This document shows, piece after piece, positions 35,530 to 48,900 of a DNA stretch of 64,000 bases. The DNA comes from Saprolegnia diclina VS20 (lineage: Eukaryota). The position numbers were made by a program, and so were the translations under genes. The notes under the pieces are model-generated. The model saw only the letters and a list, made by a program, of their open reading frames with translations. It had not been told where the DNA came from and made no database searches. Positions within the stretch are counted from its first letter, which is position 1, and the number at the start of each line of letters is the position of its first letter. The DNA is taken from NCBI RefSeq assembly GCF_000281045.1, contig NW_008246093.1, forward strand, positions 274,223 through 338,222, in the 5' to 3' direction.

Positions 35530-36868
35530 TAGTGGCCCGCATCTTGACCCGACAATTTTTGTCAAAGTGGACAAATTTGGTCGGAAAATTTGCAATACCT
35601 AAAATCCTCTCCAGAATCGTTTTGACGCCGTTGAGGCTGAAAAGACACACAACGGTGAGTAGAAGAGCACATATACGTTGATTTCTAGCGTTTTTTAGCT
35701 GCAAATTCCATGCGTTCCATGAGATTCTCCGATGGAATGGAGCGGTGAGATTTGTACTTCTTGACGGCGAACTCTGCGAGATGCGGTGGAAGTCCAGCTG
35801 CGTACACCTGCATGTACCGATGATAACGCCGCTCGAAGCGCTGAGCATGCTGCAGAGGGACTTGAGCAAGAGCAGCTGGAACCGTTTCGCGGAGGCCTTG
35901 AACGTGTAGTCGCAGTGATGACAGCAGTAGACCTGGGCACTTCCCCAATAGTTTTCGATTGGGTTGAACTCGGGATGGAACTTGCGGAGGAGGTCCATCA
36001 AGTGGCCGCTATCTTCAAAGACCCTCTCAAGCATCGACTTCTGAGCCGCAAAGTCGGGTTGATGGTCGAGCAAGTTGACCGCACAGCAATTGTACGGCTC
36101 TTCTGTCGTGCAGGGCGTCTTCCTGCACTGCCCACGGATCGTCTCGGCGGGGCCGAGCAGCTCGCGCTCGCGTAGGATCGTGAGACGGCCCTTGGGTGTC
36201 CCTGCAACAGCATCGCCCCGCGCATCCAGTAGGCTCCATAGATCGACCTCGTCGTCGCTGTCTCAGTCGATGGTCCCGACTTTGTACGCGAGCGATGCTT
36301 CCTAATGGAATTCCTCAGTTGGTGTCAAAGTGGTGGATCAAAGCACGCACCGGTACCGGTCCTAGTACAAGTTGGCAAGGCTCGTGGGCGCAGTTGTCGT
36401 GTTCTTCGTCGGTGTTGTCGCTCTCCTCGGCGTCAAATTCAACAACGTCGCCTAGCTCAGGCGCTTGGCGCTTGGCCTCAAGACCTGCCCTGGCGCGGCG
36501 CAGATGAAACGCTTGCCTGCCGGGTCGCACCATGGATCGGTGGTGAAAAATGGCGATGCGAATCACTTTCGTAGCCCGGGGCATACTATCCGGTTAAAGA
36601 GATTTTGTACGGATAGCGTTGGTGTAGCCCGGTGTACCGGCTCTGGAAACGGACATTTTTGGCCCCTCCCCACCTTAAATGGTCCGTCTTCCAGCTTTTA
36701 TAACTCAGCGACTAGACATGCTACGAAGAAGATCAAACTATATTCGTGTTCCTCTGTGTCTCGGCTATCGATATATAGCACGTTTAGCGCACAGAACGGC
36801 TATAAACATCTTTTATAACCCGCACAAAAAGGTCGTGAATCTCTGTCGGGTAAAGTTGCGGGCCACTG
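35530..36868 (-). mobile_element. IS630/Tc1/mariner-superfamily DNA transposon, defective, 1339 bp
   Basis: TA flanks at 35528-35529 and 36869-36870. 25-bp TIRs TAGTGGCCCGCATCTTGACCCGACA (35530-35554) and TGTCGGGTAAAGTTGCGGGCCACTG (36844-36868) match at 22/25, with the canonical TA|CAGT terminus on the right. Confidence 0.9.
35685..36584 (-). pseudogene. Frameshifted, deleted DDE transposase
   Basis: PKG...LRER.L...CCA...QPDFAAQKSMLE...GH...KFHPEFNPIENYWG...CDYTF, frameshift, then LRETVPAAL...RYMQVY..GL....AEFAVKKYKSHR; most of the central catalytic region is absent. Confidence 0.85.
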
Positions 36869-37218
36869 TAGCGCCCATCAAGAATGACATGTGAGGGTAG
36901 TCGTTGCTTCACAGGGCTTCACATGGGGGCCAAATTGAAGCTCAGCGTCCATGGGGCAACCATATCGTTTGGGTCGAACTCTGAAATCAACAGCGATGGC
37001 GAAGCACGTCAGTGACGGGTGGTTGAGCCTTTCGCGTCAGTAGTCGTTGTTACGTTGGCGAGGTATGGACCGTGGACAGCACGGACAGGTTGGACTGTAC
37101 CAGACAACTTGTGCACCATTTAAAAACGATCTCGTCGTAGTATGAGTAGAAGAGACAAAGAGACAGCACTGTATATTGGACGCACAGATGTGGACACTGT
37201 TGAAACGACGACCGCCGC

Positions 37219-39206
37219 TCAGGCCGCAAACCGCGCTTGGAGTTCGCGCCGGAGGATCTTGCCGGACGCAGACTTGGGCACCGCGTCAATGAACTGCACT
37301 TGACGGACCTTCTTGAAGGGTGCGACGCGGCTGTTGGCGTACTCCATGATGTCTATCTCAATTTCAATGGCCGAACCAACCAGAAGTAATACCTTCAGCC
37401 GTCACGCTGTGGCCAGGCTTGAGCACAACGCACGCCAGTGGCTCTTCTTCCTTGTCGGCGTTGTACCCGCGGATGCAGCCCACGTCGTCGACACTCGGAT
37501 GCGACAAGATCACGTCTTCGAGCTCGGCCGGCGCAATCTACGCCAGGTAAGATGCTACGTCATCGCATTGCGAGTGCCAACCTGGTGGCCCTTGTACTTG
37601 ATGAGTTCTTTGAGGCGGTCGACAATGAACACGTGGTGGTCGTCGTCCACGTAGCCCAAATCACCCGTCTTGACAAACCCACAGTCGGTCATCGTGGCCT
37701 ACGACGGTCTTATGTATCAATCTATCAGTCTAGATCGACGGACCTTGGTCGCATCGTCGTTGTTGAGGTAACCAAGCATCGCTTGCGGGCCGCGGTACCA
37801 GAGCTCGCCGACTTGGTGCTTGTCAAGGTCGTGGCCCTTCTCAGGGCACACGACGCGCAGCTCCGTGTTGTGGACAAGGACGCCGCTCGAGCCCTAATCG
37901 CATTCGGTGTAGAACCCTAACCCTTGCATTTCAAAACCAAATGTACCGGCTTGACGTTGTCGTCCATCGAGTAGTTGACGACCGGCGAGAGCTCGGTCAT
38001 GCCGTACGCTTGCTTCATCGTGAGGCCAAGCCGGTCGGTGATGGCGTCCTGGAGCTCTTGGCCCATGGGCGCCGCACCTGAGATGAGAGCCTTCGTCGCC
38101 GAGAGGTCGTACTCGTCCACGAGCGGGTGCTTGGCGAGGAAGGCTGCGATCGGCGGCACAATGTGCGCCTTCTCAATCTACATGCATCGCATGAGATGTC
38201 GCTCGAGAGCAAGTGCCGACCTTGTAGCGCTGCATGGCGGCAAGAAACGTGTGCGGCTCAAACTTGGGCAAAACGACTTGCGCGACGCCTTGGAAGAGGA
38301 ACATGTTGAGGAGCATGCCGCCGTAAATGTGGTAGTAGGGCAGCATCGCGAGCGCGTGCGGCCCCATGCGCTCGGCGTACGACGCCTGGAGCGGGTTGAC
38401 CGTCATGTTCCAAAACGAGAGCTTGACGCCTTTGGGCGGCCCGGTCGTGCCGCTCGAGAAGGGCAGGTGGCTCACGTCTTCGAGAAGGTTGAGCGTCGGC
38501 TTGGGGTACGTGCCCGGAAGCGCGCTCGGCGAGAGCAGGTTGCTACATGTGTGCTCGGTCGTTTGTTTTTGGTAAATTTTTCAAGTACCTGAACGGCTCG
38601 AAATCGGTGGATGGGCCAATGCAAAACTGGCGGTCGGATGCAACCGGGGCGAGTGCGATGGCTTCTTTCGCCGCCGCCTGGACCGTGTGGTGTGTAATCA
38701 CGAGCTTGACCTAGATCAAGAATGATGAACCAACGACCAAGGGTTGTGTGCGACCATACGTTGGCTGCTTTCATTTGAACGGCCAGCTCGTCACCGCGGA
38801 AAAGAGGCGGCGCCGGCGACAAGATCGCACCAAGCGCCGTCACCGCTACGCAGTGCACCCACGATTTTTACAAAAGCAAAGACGATGCGAAAGTACCTTG
38901 CGCGATCAAAGGGTACTCGATGCAGTTGACGGCGTTGGTCAAGACGACGTCGCCTTGGCCAATGCCCCGCTCCGAGAGCGACGTTGCGATCTTCTCGACG
39001 TTGGCCGCGAGCTCGCCATACGTCATGGACTCGTGCGTGACGCCGCAAATGACTGCGGGCTTGTGCATCTGGTCGGGCGTCGCCGCCGACTCTTGGATGA
39101 GTTCCCATGTCGTCTTGAGCGGGAACTCGATCGTTGGCAAGGGCGAGGCAAAGATGCGCTGGGCGGCCGTCGACAGGCGGCGCGACGCGAGGCGGCGGAG
39201 GAGCAT
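37219..39206 (-). CDS. 4-coumarate:CoA ligase-like / luciferase-like acyl-CoA synthetase, copy 1 (multi-exon)
   Basis: AMP-binding signature [66 protein letters not shown]-terminus [13 protein letters not shown]. Confidence 0.92.
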
Positions 39207-39958
39207 GCTCGTCGTGTGGGCGAGAAATCAGCGACTGAGCTGAGCTGATCGCTGCTCGAAAAGATCCGCTTCTGATTGGCTGAAACGCCGAAAGTGCAAC
39301 TTCAACTTGGACCGAGAGACGATTTGCTGTTGACGAAGCAGTCAAGAAGGTCGGATGCATCTGGTGTTGGCAGGTTGAGCCACATGGATACGAACGTTGT
39401 GGGGAGTTCGGTCCCATGGCCCCGCGCCTCCTTCGAGCCGTCGTGCGCTGATAGAGCCTACATGGACGCTGTCCATGCCAGTTGTCGTCGTCGTCGCCGC
39501 CGCCGATCCGCGCGGCACCAGATGCATGATGCTACGATGGCCTTGCGTAGCGCAATCCGTCGTGCTCGATCGACGGCACGCAAGCGCGAAGGAGCTGCAT
39601 GAGAACCCGTCGTCGACGGCGTGGCGGGATACCTGGTCGGAATACTCGATGCGCTTATCATGGGTGCTTTGCCGTCGCATTGTTGGACGGTACTCGAGTT
39701 GGTACAAGGGGCGTCGTGCCTGCGTGTGCCCCTTGCCGCCCGTCTGGTACCACATGGTCGTTCCGAAAGTCGTGTCCAGGCTCCCGACGTCTCGAAGGAA
39801 ATCGGATATGTGTATCACATTCGATAACAAATACCAGAGTCGCAACCTAATATTCCCGCAACGGTTCTCCAAAATTGCCACTCGGATTCATGCAATTTCT
39901 AACTTTGCAAACACACACAAACGAGGCTTCGTTATCAAAGAAGACACGAGAAGAGGAC

Positions 39959-42089
39959 TTAGCCGAACGCAGCCCCAAACTTGGCTTGGAGTTCGCGCCG
40001 AATGATCTTGCCGGACGGGCTCTTGGGAATCACGTCGACAAAGACGACCTCGCGCACCTTCTTGAAGGGCGCGACGCGCTCGGCCACGTACGCCATGAGC
40101 TCTACGCCAGCACTGTGAGCTGCTACTCTTGCCATGCAGATAGGTCTACCGTCCGCCGACAGCGTCTCGTTGGGCTGCACCACCACGCAGGCTCGGGGGA
40201 TTTCTTCGCCCGCGTCGTCACGCCTACGTGCTGTTGTGAGCCGTGTGGACGACGACCGCATCGATGTAGTACCCGCGAATGCAGCCCACGTCGGCGACCT
40301 TGGGGTGGGACATGACCACGTCTTCGAGCTCGGCCGGCGCAATCTACGCGCATCATTCGCAACACCATAAGGCCTCATGGTGAAAGTTGTAGCAGAAGAA
40401 ATACCTGGTGGCCCTTGTACTTGATGAGCTCCTTGAGGCGGTCGACGACGAAGATGTGGCCATCCTTATCCACAAACCCAATGTCGCCCGTCTTGACAAA
40501 CCCGTCGTCAGTCAGCGTCGCCTAGAGCCCACCATATCTAGTAGTTTCAACCTATCAAGTTGATACATACCGCGGTTGCTTCGTCGTTGTTGAGGTAGCC
40601 AAGCATCGTCTGCGGACCGCGGTACCAGAGCTCGCCCGGCACGTCAATGTCATTGTCCGTGCCGTTAATGGGGCACACGACGCGGAGTTCCGTGTTGGGC
40701 AAGAGCGGGCCCACCGAGCCCTAATCACGTAATAATGTGGACACTTTGTCATAGAGAGATAGGGCGTACGTATTTGGCCTGGCCGTCCATGGGGAGCGCG
40801 CCAACGGGCGAGAGCTCGGTCATGCCAAAGCCTTGCTTGATCTTCATGCCTAGGCGCGCTTCCAGCTGCTGTTCGAGCTCTTCGCCCATGGGCGCCGCGC
40901 CCGAAATCACATGCTTGGTCGCCGAGAGGTCGTACTGGTCGACCATCGGGTGTTTGGCGAGGAAGGCCACAAGCGGTGGCACGAGATGCGCCTTCTCAAC
41001 CTAGTTTCGGAGTCTACCATCCTGCTCGTACATGCAGAGCTAACCTTGTAGCGCTCGAGGCAGTGCAGAAAGGTCGACGGATCAAACTTGGGCAAAACGA
41101 CCTGCGCACTGCCTTGGTACATGGCCCAGTTCATCATGAACGTGGCGTAAATGTGAAAGTAGGGCAGCACCATGATCGCATGCGGCCCCATGCGATCGAT
41201 GGAGCTGGCTTGGACGACGTTGGACGTGAGGCCGCCAAACGACAAGCGGACGCCCTATATGCACATGCGCTTCCTGTTGGCATCGCAGAGATGTGTACCT
41301 TGGGCGGGCCGGTCGTGCCGCTCGAGAAGGGCAGAAAGTTGACGTCGTTGACGACATCAATCTCGACTGCCGGGACGTTGATGCTGTCGACGCGCAGCAG
41401 GTCGCTACCGCATACCATAAGCACAAGCACAGAACTCGCAAGGCGGTCGTACTCGAAGGACTGGAACGTGTCGGACGGGCCGACGCAAAACTGATGGTCG
41501 ATCGGGATCGCGTACTCGGTCATGGCATCGCGCGCGGACGCTTGCACCGAGTGGTGCGTGATAAAGTACGTGGCCTAGTTGCATGCAGTGAGAGGACGGC
41601 GAGGTATTGCAATGTCGTACGTTGGCGGCGCGCATTTGGGCGGCGAGCTCGGTCCCGAGAAACTGCGGCGACGCCGGCGACATGATGGCACCGAGGGCCG
41701 TGGCCGCTACACACATGGCATTGCATGAGCAACGAGCAATCGTATGGGTCATGATGGAGCGTACCATGGCAGAAGAGCGGGTACTCGACGCAGTTGACGA
41801 CGTTGGTGCCAATGACCTAGCAATATGGGCGTGCGGATGGAGGACGGTCAGTACGTACGTCTCCTTTTTTGACGCCGAGGGCCGCGAGCGACGTCGCGAT
41901 CTTCTGCACCTTGTCGAGGAAGCCGCCAAAGGTCGTCGTCTCGTGCGTGAGGCCGCAGATGAGCGCCGGGTTCTCTTCGCGGCCGACGCTGCTGTCGCGG
42001 ATGAGCTCCCACGGGGTCTTGGACGGGATCGAGACAGCCGGGTACGGCGACGTGAACACGCGCGTCGAGAAGAGGCGGCGGCGGAGCAT
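39959..42089 (-). CDS. 4-coumarate:CoA ligase-like acyl-CoA synthetase, copy 2 (multi-exon)
   Basis: [52 protein letters not shown]-terminus [12 protein letters not shown]. Confidence 0.92.
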
Positions 42090-44305
42090 GGCAAAAGGCA
42101 AAGTGCAAACTGCAAGCCATGGCGACCGCCTGTCTTGCAACGTGTCCGCACCGGCCGTCACGCGTACGGATATCGTGTCGCACGCATACAGTGTAATGGA
42201 AGGCAAGCATGAAAGGGTTCAAAGGTTCGCACTGGGTGGGCCACCAGGACGCAGACAGGGCGTATAGTGTGTATGCACTGTCGCTGATGCCACAAAAGGT
42301 CGCCACGCACGCCGGCGTCGGTGGCACGGCCGATAAGAGCGCCGACCAGACGGCAATACACTGTATTGGCGCTGAGATTCTGCATGGACACGTCGTCTCG
42401 AGCATACAATCTTCAAGATATTTGGACACGCCATCGGCACACGAATCGGATAGATCGAGTAAACAACACTAAGCAACATTATTTTGGTATGATGGGTGCA
42501 GACGTCATTCGAGACGAGCACGGCTGCACCACGGTTCCACGAGGCTTGGAGAGTTTGTACACGTCGCTATGGATGCCTTTTGATATTTTAGTGTCGACGG
42601 GATGTATGTAGAGTAGCGTATCTGCTGTTGAAGGTGCTGAATCAAACTTCCCATCGTCCTGGCTGGATCGCTAGTTGTAAATAGTATATGCTCATTGTGA
42701 TATAGTATTATCATACTATTGGAGTGGAGTCGAGATCGCCAAACAGGATAACGTTTGTACTACGGCATTGGTACCACGGTGCAGAGCAGGCAGAAGCTTC
42801 TTGCGATCAATGAATATTGCGACGACACTACGAGTGTTCAATCCGACAGTCGTGCAATCCAGCAAATACGCTAGGACATATACTAACTAACTAAAACAGG
42901 ACAGGAACAGCGTTGATGACGAGAGGTGCCTCGCGACTTCCGTCGCGACGAACGTTGATTCTGCGTGGTGGTGTGACTTCAAGAACGCCACGCTGGCCAT
43001 GTAAAATCTTTCTCTGTGGCTACCCGGCAACTCGATAGTATCTGCTTTACCGCTGCGTGCTGCGTCGGTTTGTTCCATTCCCTTCGTTCTCCAACAGCAC
43101 CCAACTAGAAATCTTGCGTCTTTGTCAACGTGTCCGTTTGTTGATGTCGCGATGACACTGGTGCAACTGCTTTCGATACTGGTCCAGCACATACATTGGC
43201 CGTGCAACCTCCTTGTTCAAGGGAATAGACAACTCCCTTGCCTTGTTGATGCGGGTGCCCCAGCTTGCGCCAACGAAACATTATTTTGCGATACGATCCA
43301 CAACAGACAAGTTGTGGACTACCTCTACTAGTATGATCTGCCTGTCAAGCTGGCACTTGGGGCAGCGAAGCACAAAGCAGAGGAACGAAGCTAAGAAGAG
43401 GAAGAGGAAGAAGAGGAGGCAAACGGGCAAGCGGGAAGCAAGCCAGAACGGAACCAAAACAGAAGTGAGGGACCGTGAGGTCCCCACGACCAATGGCCCG
43501 GAATGTATTCAGGACATTATGGGACATACAAACTACGAGAGAGGTGGGCAAAACCTCCGAGTGGAGGGAAAAAGCCCTAGCCTCGGTGGGAAAACAGCCA
43601 ATGAGGTGGGCTGGAGAAAACCACCAAACGGAAAAGCGACGAAGTTGTGTCATCTTCGTGTCGGCTGACGAGCCTCTGGAGGTGCTCTCCTGACACTGCC
43701 GACGACTTACACATATTTTACCCGTTTTATCTTTAGAGATCGCGTCGTTGATGTCGACAAATGCATTTCGGGCTATGTGGTCATCGACAACTTTTCCACA
43801 AAAACGATAGATGAGTGCAAACGTTGCAATAACCCTTGTCCCGCCTTGCTCCACCCCGCGAATGCAACCGAGATCGAGGCCAGTGGGGTGTTGGCGTACT
43901 AGTATAACATGACATCTAAAAAGTCTGCGCGCGCTAGGGCTAGGGCTGGACCAAGGACCAATTTGATGGCCCATGCGCTCGCAAGGAATCGAGTACACGG
44001 CGAGAGCTCTGTCGTGTATGATTCGAACTTTGGTCTGTCCCAGCAGCCACCATGCGTCCTCTGGCACTCCCTCAGAAAGTTACTAGCTCGAATGTGCTTG
44101 TGATCCAACCAATGTTTTCTTGTGCTACGACACAAAGTACAGCAGCTTGCTCGACGACGTGTGAAAGGCGCGTGCGAACAGGCACAACAAGTAGCAATGC
44201 CATTACTTGGAATGGCTTAATAGAAAGAACTGCTCACATTTTGTTCCAAATGACATCATCCATTCGACAGTCATTCCACGACAACTAGCTACACTGACGT
44301 CTTCT

Positions 44306-46358
44306 CTAATATTGGGCCTGGAGCTCACGGCGGAGGATCTTGCCCGTGGCACTCTTGGGAATTTCGGGCACAAACACCACTTGGCGAACCTTCTTGAAGG
44401 GTGCGACGCGCTCGGCCACGTACTCCATGAGTTCTTCGCCCGAGATGGTCTGACCGGGCTTGAGGACGACACAGGCCTTGGGGATTTCTTCGCCATCGGC
44501 GTTCTGACTACAACAATCATGAGCTCCTCGTCGACTTGATGGCTCTGAATCGTACCCGCGGATGCAACCGGCATCGGCGACCTTGGGGTGCGTCACGAGC
44601 ACATCTTCAAGCTCGGCGGGGGCAATCTAGCACCATAAAGTGTAAGGTCATCACTGTGTTTTCCGAGGTCGTACCTGGTGGCCCTTGTACTTGATGAGTT
44701 CCTTGAGGCGGTCCACGATAAACACGTGGCCTTCCTCGTCCACATAGCCCATGTCACCCGTGCGCACAAAGCCATCGGCCGTCAGCGTCGCCTACACGTT
44801 GTTGCCATATGAGATTGCAAGGTTCGTAACCCAGATCTGTATGTACGTTGGTCGCTTCGTCATTGTCGAGGTAGCCGAGCATCGTCTGTGGGCCACGGTA
44901 CCAGAGCTCGCCGACTTCACGGACACCAACGTCGCCTTCCTTGAAGGGGCACACGACGCGCAGCTCCGTGTTGGGAATCGTCGCACCAATCGAGCCCTAC
45001 CCCTTGGCTATAAGATCTGATACTAAATCGTATCGAACGTACATTCTTGGCGTTGTGGTCCTGCGAGTAGTTGGCGACGGGCGAGAGCTCGGTCATGCCG
45101 TACGCTTGCTTGACGGTGATACCAAGGCGCTCCTTGATCGCGGCTTCGAGCCCTTCGCCCATGGGCGCGGCCGCCGAGACGAGCATTTTGGTGGCCGAGA
45201 GATCAAACTGGTCGACGAGCGGGTGCTTGGCGAGGAAGGCTGCGATCGGCGGCACAATGTGGTTGAGGCGGACTTCGTATCTTTGGAGGTTGCCAAGAAA
45301 CGCCGGCGGATCAAACTTGGGCATGACGATTTGCGCTCCGCCTTGAAGCAGCGACACGTTCATGAGCATCGTGCCGTAAATGTGGAAATACGGCAGCACC
45401 GAGACCGTGTGGCCGGTGAGGTCGTCGAGCACCGACGTCTGCATCGCGTTCGCGGCCAAGTTGAAGTACGACAGCTTGACGCCCTAGTGCCATCACAAAA
45501 TATACGTTAGTGTTGTGAAGTTTCTAGTACCTTGGGCGGGCCCGTCGTGCCGCTCGAGAACGGGAGGTAGCTCACGTCCTTCTTGAGGTTGACCGCGACC
45601 TGCGACGGGTGCAAATTGCTCGTTTTGAGGAGCTCACTAGTCAAAATGTGTGGTTGAGTATCAGAAGCAAGGAAGGCGACGTACTCGAACGACTGGTAGT
45701 GGGTCGAGGGTCCAATGCAAAACTGGCGGTCCATCGGGAGCGGGTAAAACTCCATGGCCTCCTTGGCCGCATCTTGCACCGCCGCGTGCGTGATGAGAAA
45801 CTTGGCCTAGTCCGAGCACATTCTGTAAAATGCACTGTATCGAGCGAATGGAAGTAATACCTTGGCCGCCTTCATTTGGACGGCGAGTTCGGCGCCACGG
45901 AATTGCGGCGAGGCCGGCGACAGGATCGCACCAATCGCAGTTGCCGCTACGTATCGTGTTTGTGAGATGCTGCAGCTTTTGTTCAAACTCGTACCGTGAA
46001 AGATGATGGGATACTCGACGCAGTTGACGGCGTTGGTTGCAATGACCTAGTTGAAGTCGGAATTGAGAGGTGAAAGTGACGAGGAAAATGCACATACGTC
46101 GCCCTTCTGAACGCCCCGCTCGAGAAACGAGGCCGCGACCTTTTGCACGCTGGAAATGAACGTCCCGTACGTCATCTTCTCGTGCGTGAGGCCGCAAATG
46201 AGCGCCGTGCGGTCTTCGCGGCCCTTGGATGCGGTCTGGAGGAGCTCCCACGAGGTCTGGAGCGGCAGCTCGACGTCCGGGTGCGGCGACTTGAAGATGC
46301 GCGACGTCGCGGTCGAGAGGCTCCGGCGGGCAAGGCGGCGGGACGTGTGCGAAAGCAT
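44306..46358 (-). CDS. 4-coumarate:CoA ligase-like acyl-CoA synthetase, copy 3 (multi-exon)
   Basis: [55 protein letters not shown]-terminus [20 protein letters not shown]. Confidence 0.92.
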
Positions 46359-48900
46359 GCTAAAAGGAAAGTGGGGCGTGTTGATGCAAAGATTAAGGTT
46401 CCCAAATTGCACTTGGCCACATGGCCATGTTGAAGCGACACCTAACGGCGCGCTCGTGATTGGTCGCTTCCAATTTATGAGCGAATTGATTGGCGGTTCC
46501 AATTGCGACGGGCCAATCACACAAGAAGCCAGGCTCGAGGGATCTCCCGCGCTGTCGAGTCAACACGCGTTTGCGTGCGTCATGAAAGTACCGAGCGCGG
46601 CGTCATCGTCGCCAACCGACTCGAAGAGCCGATGGCACTGAACCAGGCTTCTGGAAGCTGGCGAGGTCGCCCCTCGCATGCGTTAGCGGCCGCGTCGTGC
46701 CACAAACGACGTGTCGATGACCGACCCACTCCACGAAGCTGCAACAAAAGTTGAGTGCGTGCAATGGGTGATGATGGTACGCATGCAGTTGCACATACTA
46801 GTACACGCCAGTCGCAGTGTACCGGTACCGGTAGCGCTATCAAGGCTAGCCACCCGAGCCGTGCGACTCAAGATGAAAACCATGCTGGAGCTACACTCCC
46901 TTGGTGCATCAACCGAGCCAAACCCATTTTGTTGCACGTGCTGCTCGTGATCAGACGCTGGTTTACATCGACGATCAGTCGACACTTGCCGGCTGGATTC
47001 AAGGTCGTTTCTACCGTGATTGGTTCCGATGCTTGTTACGAGCCACGTCAGTCGGTCAGTCGCTGATCCACAGCGGCGTCGACAAGAATTCGTGTCCCTC
47101 CATCAGCATTAGCTATCAGCATTGGGCAAGAGAATGTAAGTTGACTCGATGAGCTCGTGGCTTGTGGGTTCTTCTTCGTGTCGCGAGGGAATTTCCCGTT
47201 GTCCGTCGTACAGGCTACCTCACCAAGAGTCCAGTTGGGCCTGCCAAATCACAGCTCGATGTGGTATGAATTAGAGGCTACGTTATTAATTCCCGCACCT
47301 TTGTGTTTTCTCGCAAGCAAACGAAAGCTTGGGACCCATTTTACGATGATGGCGCTCTTGCAATGCTTGTGCAGCGCTGGATCTTGGTGGCTGAGGTCAC
47401 AACCGGTTATCCACTCTAGCCGGTTATCTTGTAACGGTTTTTCTGGCTAGCCGAAAGACGAACCGTACGACTGGCCGTAAGAATAACCGGATAAAGCTGC
47501 GTGCTGGTCGCTTCCAGAGTCGGCGCGCATTTTCGGTTGGCGCCATTTGCGCGCCAGGCGAGAGGTTCTGTGTCGGCGCAAGCTATTGGCACAACCTATG
47601 CACGCCGAGTAAAGGTTGCATCGTATGCACGCGCAGCGCAAGATGCGAATCGATAGCCTTGGGAGTCCTAAGACTTTTCGAGTACTTTGTTAGGACTCGG
47701 AAAGTCTGTCCACGGCCTCCCCTACTAGTAGCTCTTTCTATCCAGGCTCTCATGTGCTCTATCCCTCTGCATTGAAATGAATTCCTCTGGCGTTTTACGA
47801 GCCGCAAGTGCAGTGCAGATCCCACAGCGAGGCGTCGCGACTGATCTCGACGACGTCGTGCGTAGTGTTTGTTTGTCGTTGCTGTCTATCCTCCGATGCT
47901 CCTAGGTTGAGAGTACGCGCTTCGACCATGGTCGATGCGTTTATCGTTGAGCGACCGACGACCAGATCGGGATCAGGACGATCTGAACCAACTTGAACCG
48001 TGCGACGGTTGACGTCATGCTATCAGGTCGCGAGCAATGTTGGCGCGTCGTAGAGAAAGCTCTGGTTCGACCGATGTTTAGGCAAGCATCGCGCGCTGCT
48101 CAGATTCACTTGCCTCAAGATGCGCTCAAGCACGAGTGCATGCAATTGCTATACCAGCACCCAGATCGATCCTTGTGATGCGCACCTGACCGACGCCGCA
48201 TCAGCACAGCCTCGGGCGACCTCCCGTGCCTCCTCCGAGGTGCTGTCTTACGATCGGTCCAACGTACCACGGTCGGAAAGACTGTGTTTTGACACCCAGC
48301 GCGCCTGATCTACGCCCATCAAGCCAACTCTCTTGCGCTCGTCCGTCGTGCTGCTGGAATCTGGGTGCGTCTGCCGGTTGCATGGTCGTTTTTCTGCATG
48401 GTCAGTTTATTGCCGGCTCCCGCCGCCTCCGAAGCATCCGACGCCGCCCCAGACGACGTGCTGGCAACGGTGCCGGTGGCTAGTACTAGTATCGAAGAGG
48501 CATCCAACGTGTTTTGTACACGATGCTGCACTGGACGTATTCATCAATTGCGTTTGCCACGGTACGGCAAGTGTATGCAAAGCCAGCTGCCACCCCCAGC
48601 TGCCACGTGGTGCGGCGCCGGACACCTCGCCATGCCCAGCAAGAGGGCCTCTACAGCGTTCAGATCACGCTTGACGGCTCGTTCTTGACGGTTGCGGGCA
48701 GATGGAGCTTCGTTCTTGTCGACGCGGCTAGCATTGGTGGTCGAGACGGCAATAAACCGACCGCGTTGGGTTGTCAGCCTTGATGCGTAATTGCGCGGTC
48801 GCGTCTAATAAGCTTACATCCGAGAACCTGATTCGGGTGGCTTGTCTTCGAGACGCGACTTGTTGAGCTCGACGGAGCACAAATCAGCATTCCACCGGAC

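Noticed and set aside
38868..45779. Apparent stops and frameshifts in the ORF track read as pseudogenes or programmed recoding
   Set aside because: The breaks I examined coincide with short GT..AG introns, mostly at positions shared between paralogs.
37219..46358. Bioluminescence (luciferase) or lignin/phenylpropanoid pathway
   Set aside because: Family membership alone does not imply these activities, and no partner pathway genes are present in the window.
46400..48900. Several short ORFs in the divergent spacer between CoA ligase copy 3 and START-FYVE copy 1
   Set aside because: No motif support or consistent codon bias; treated as intergenic.
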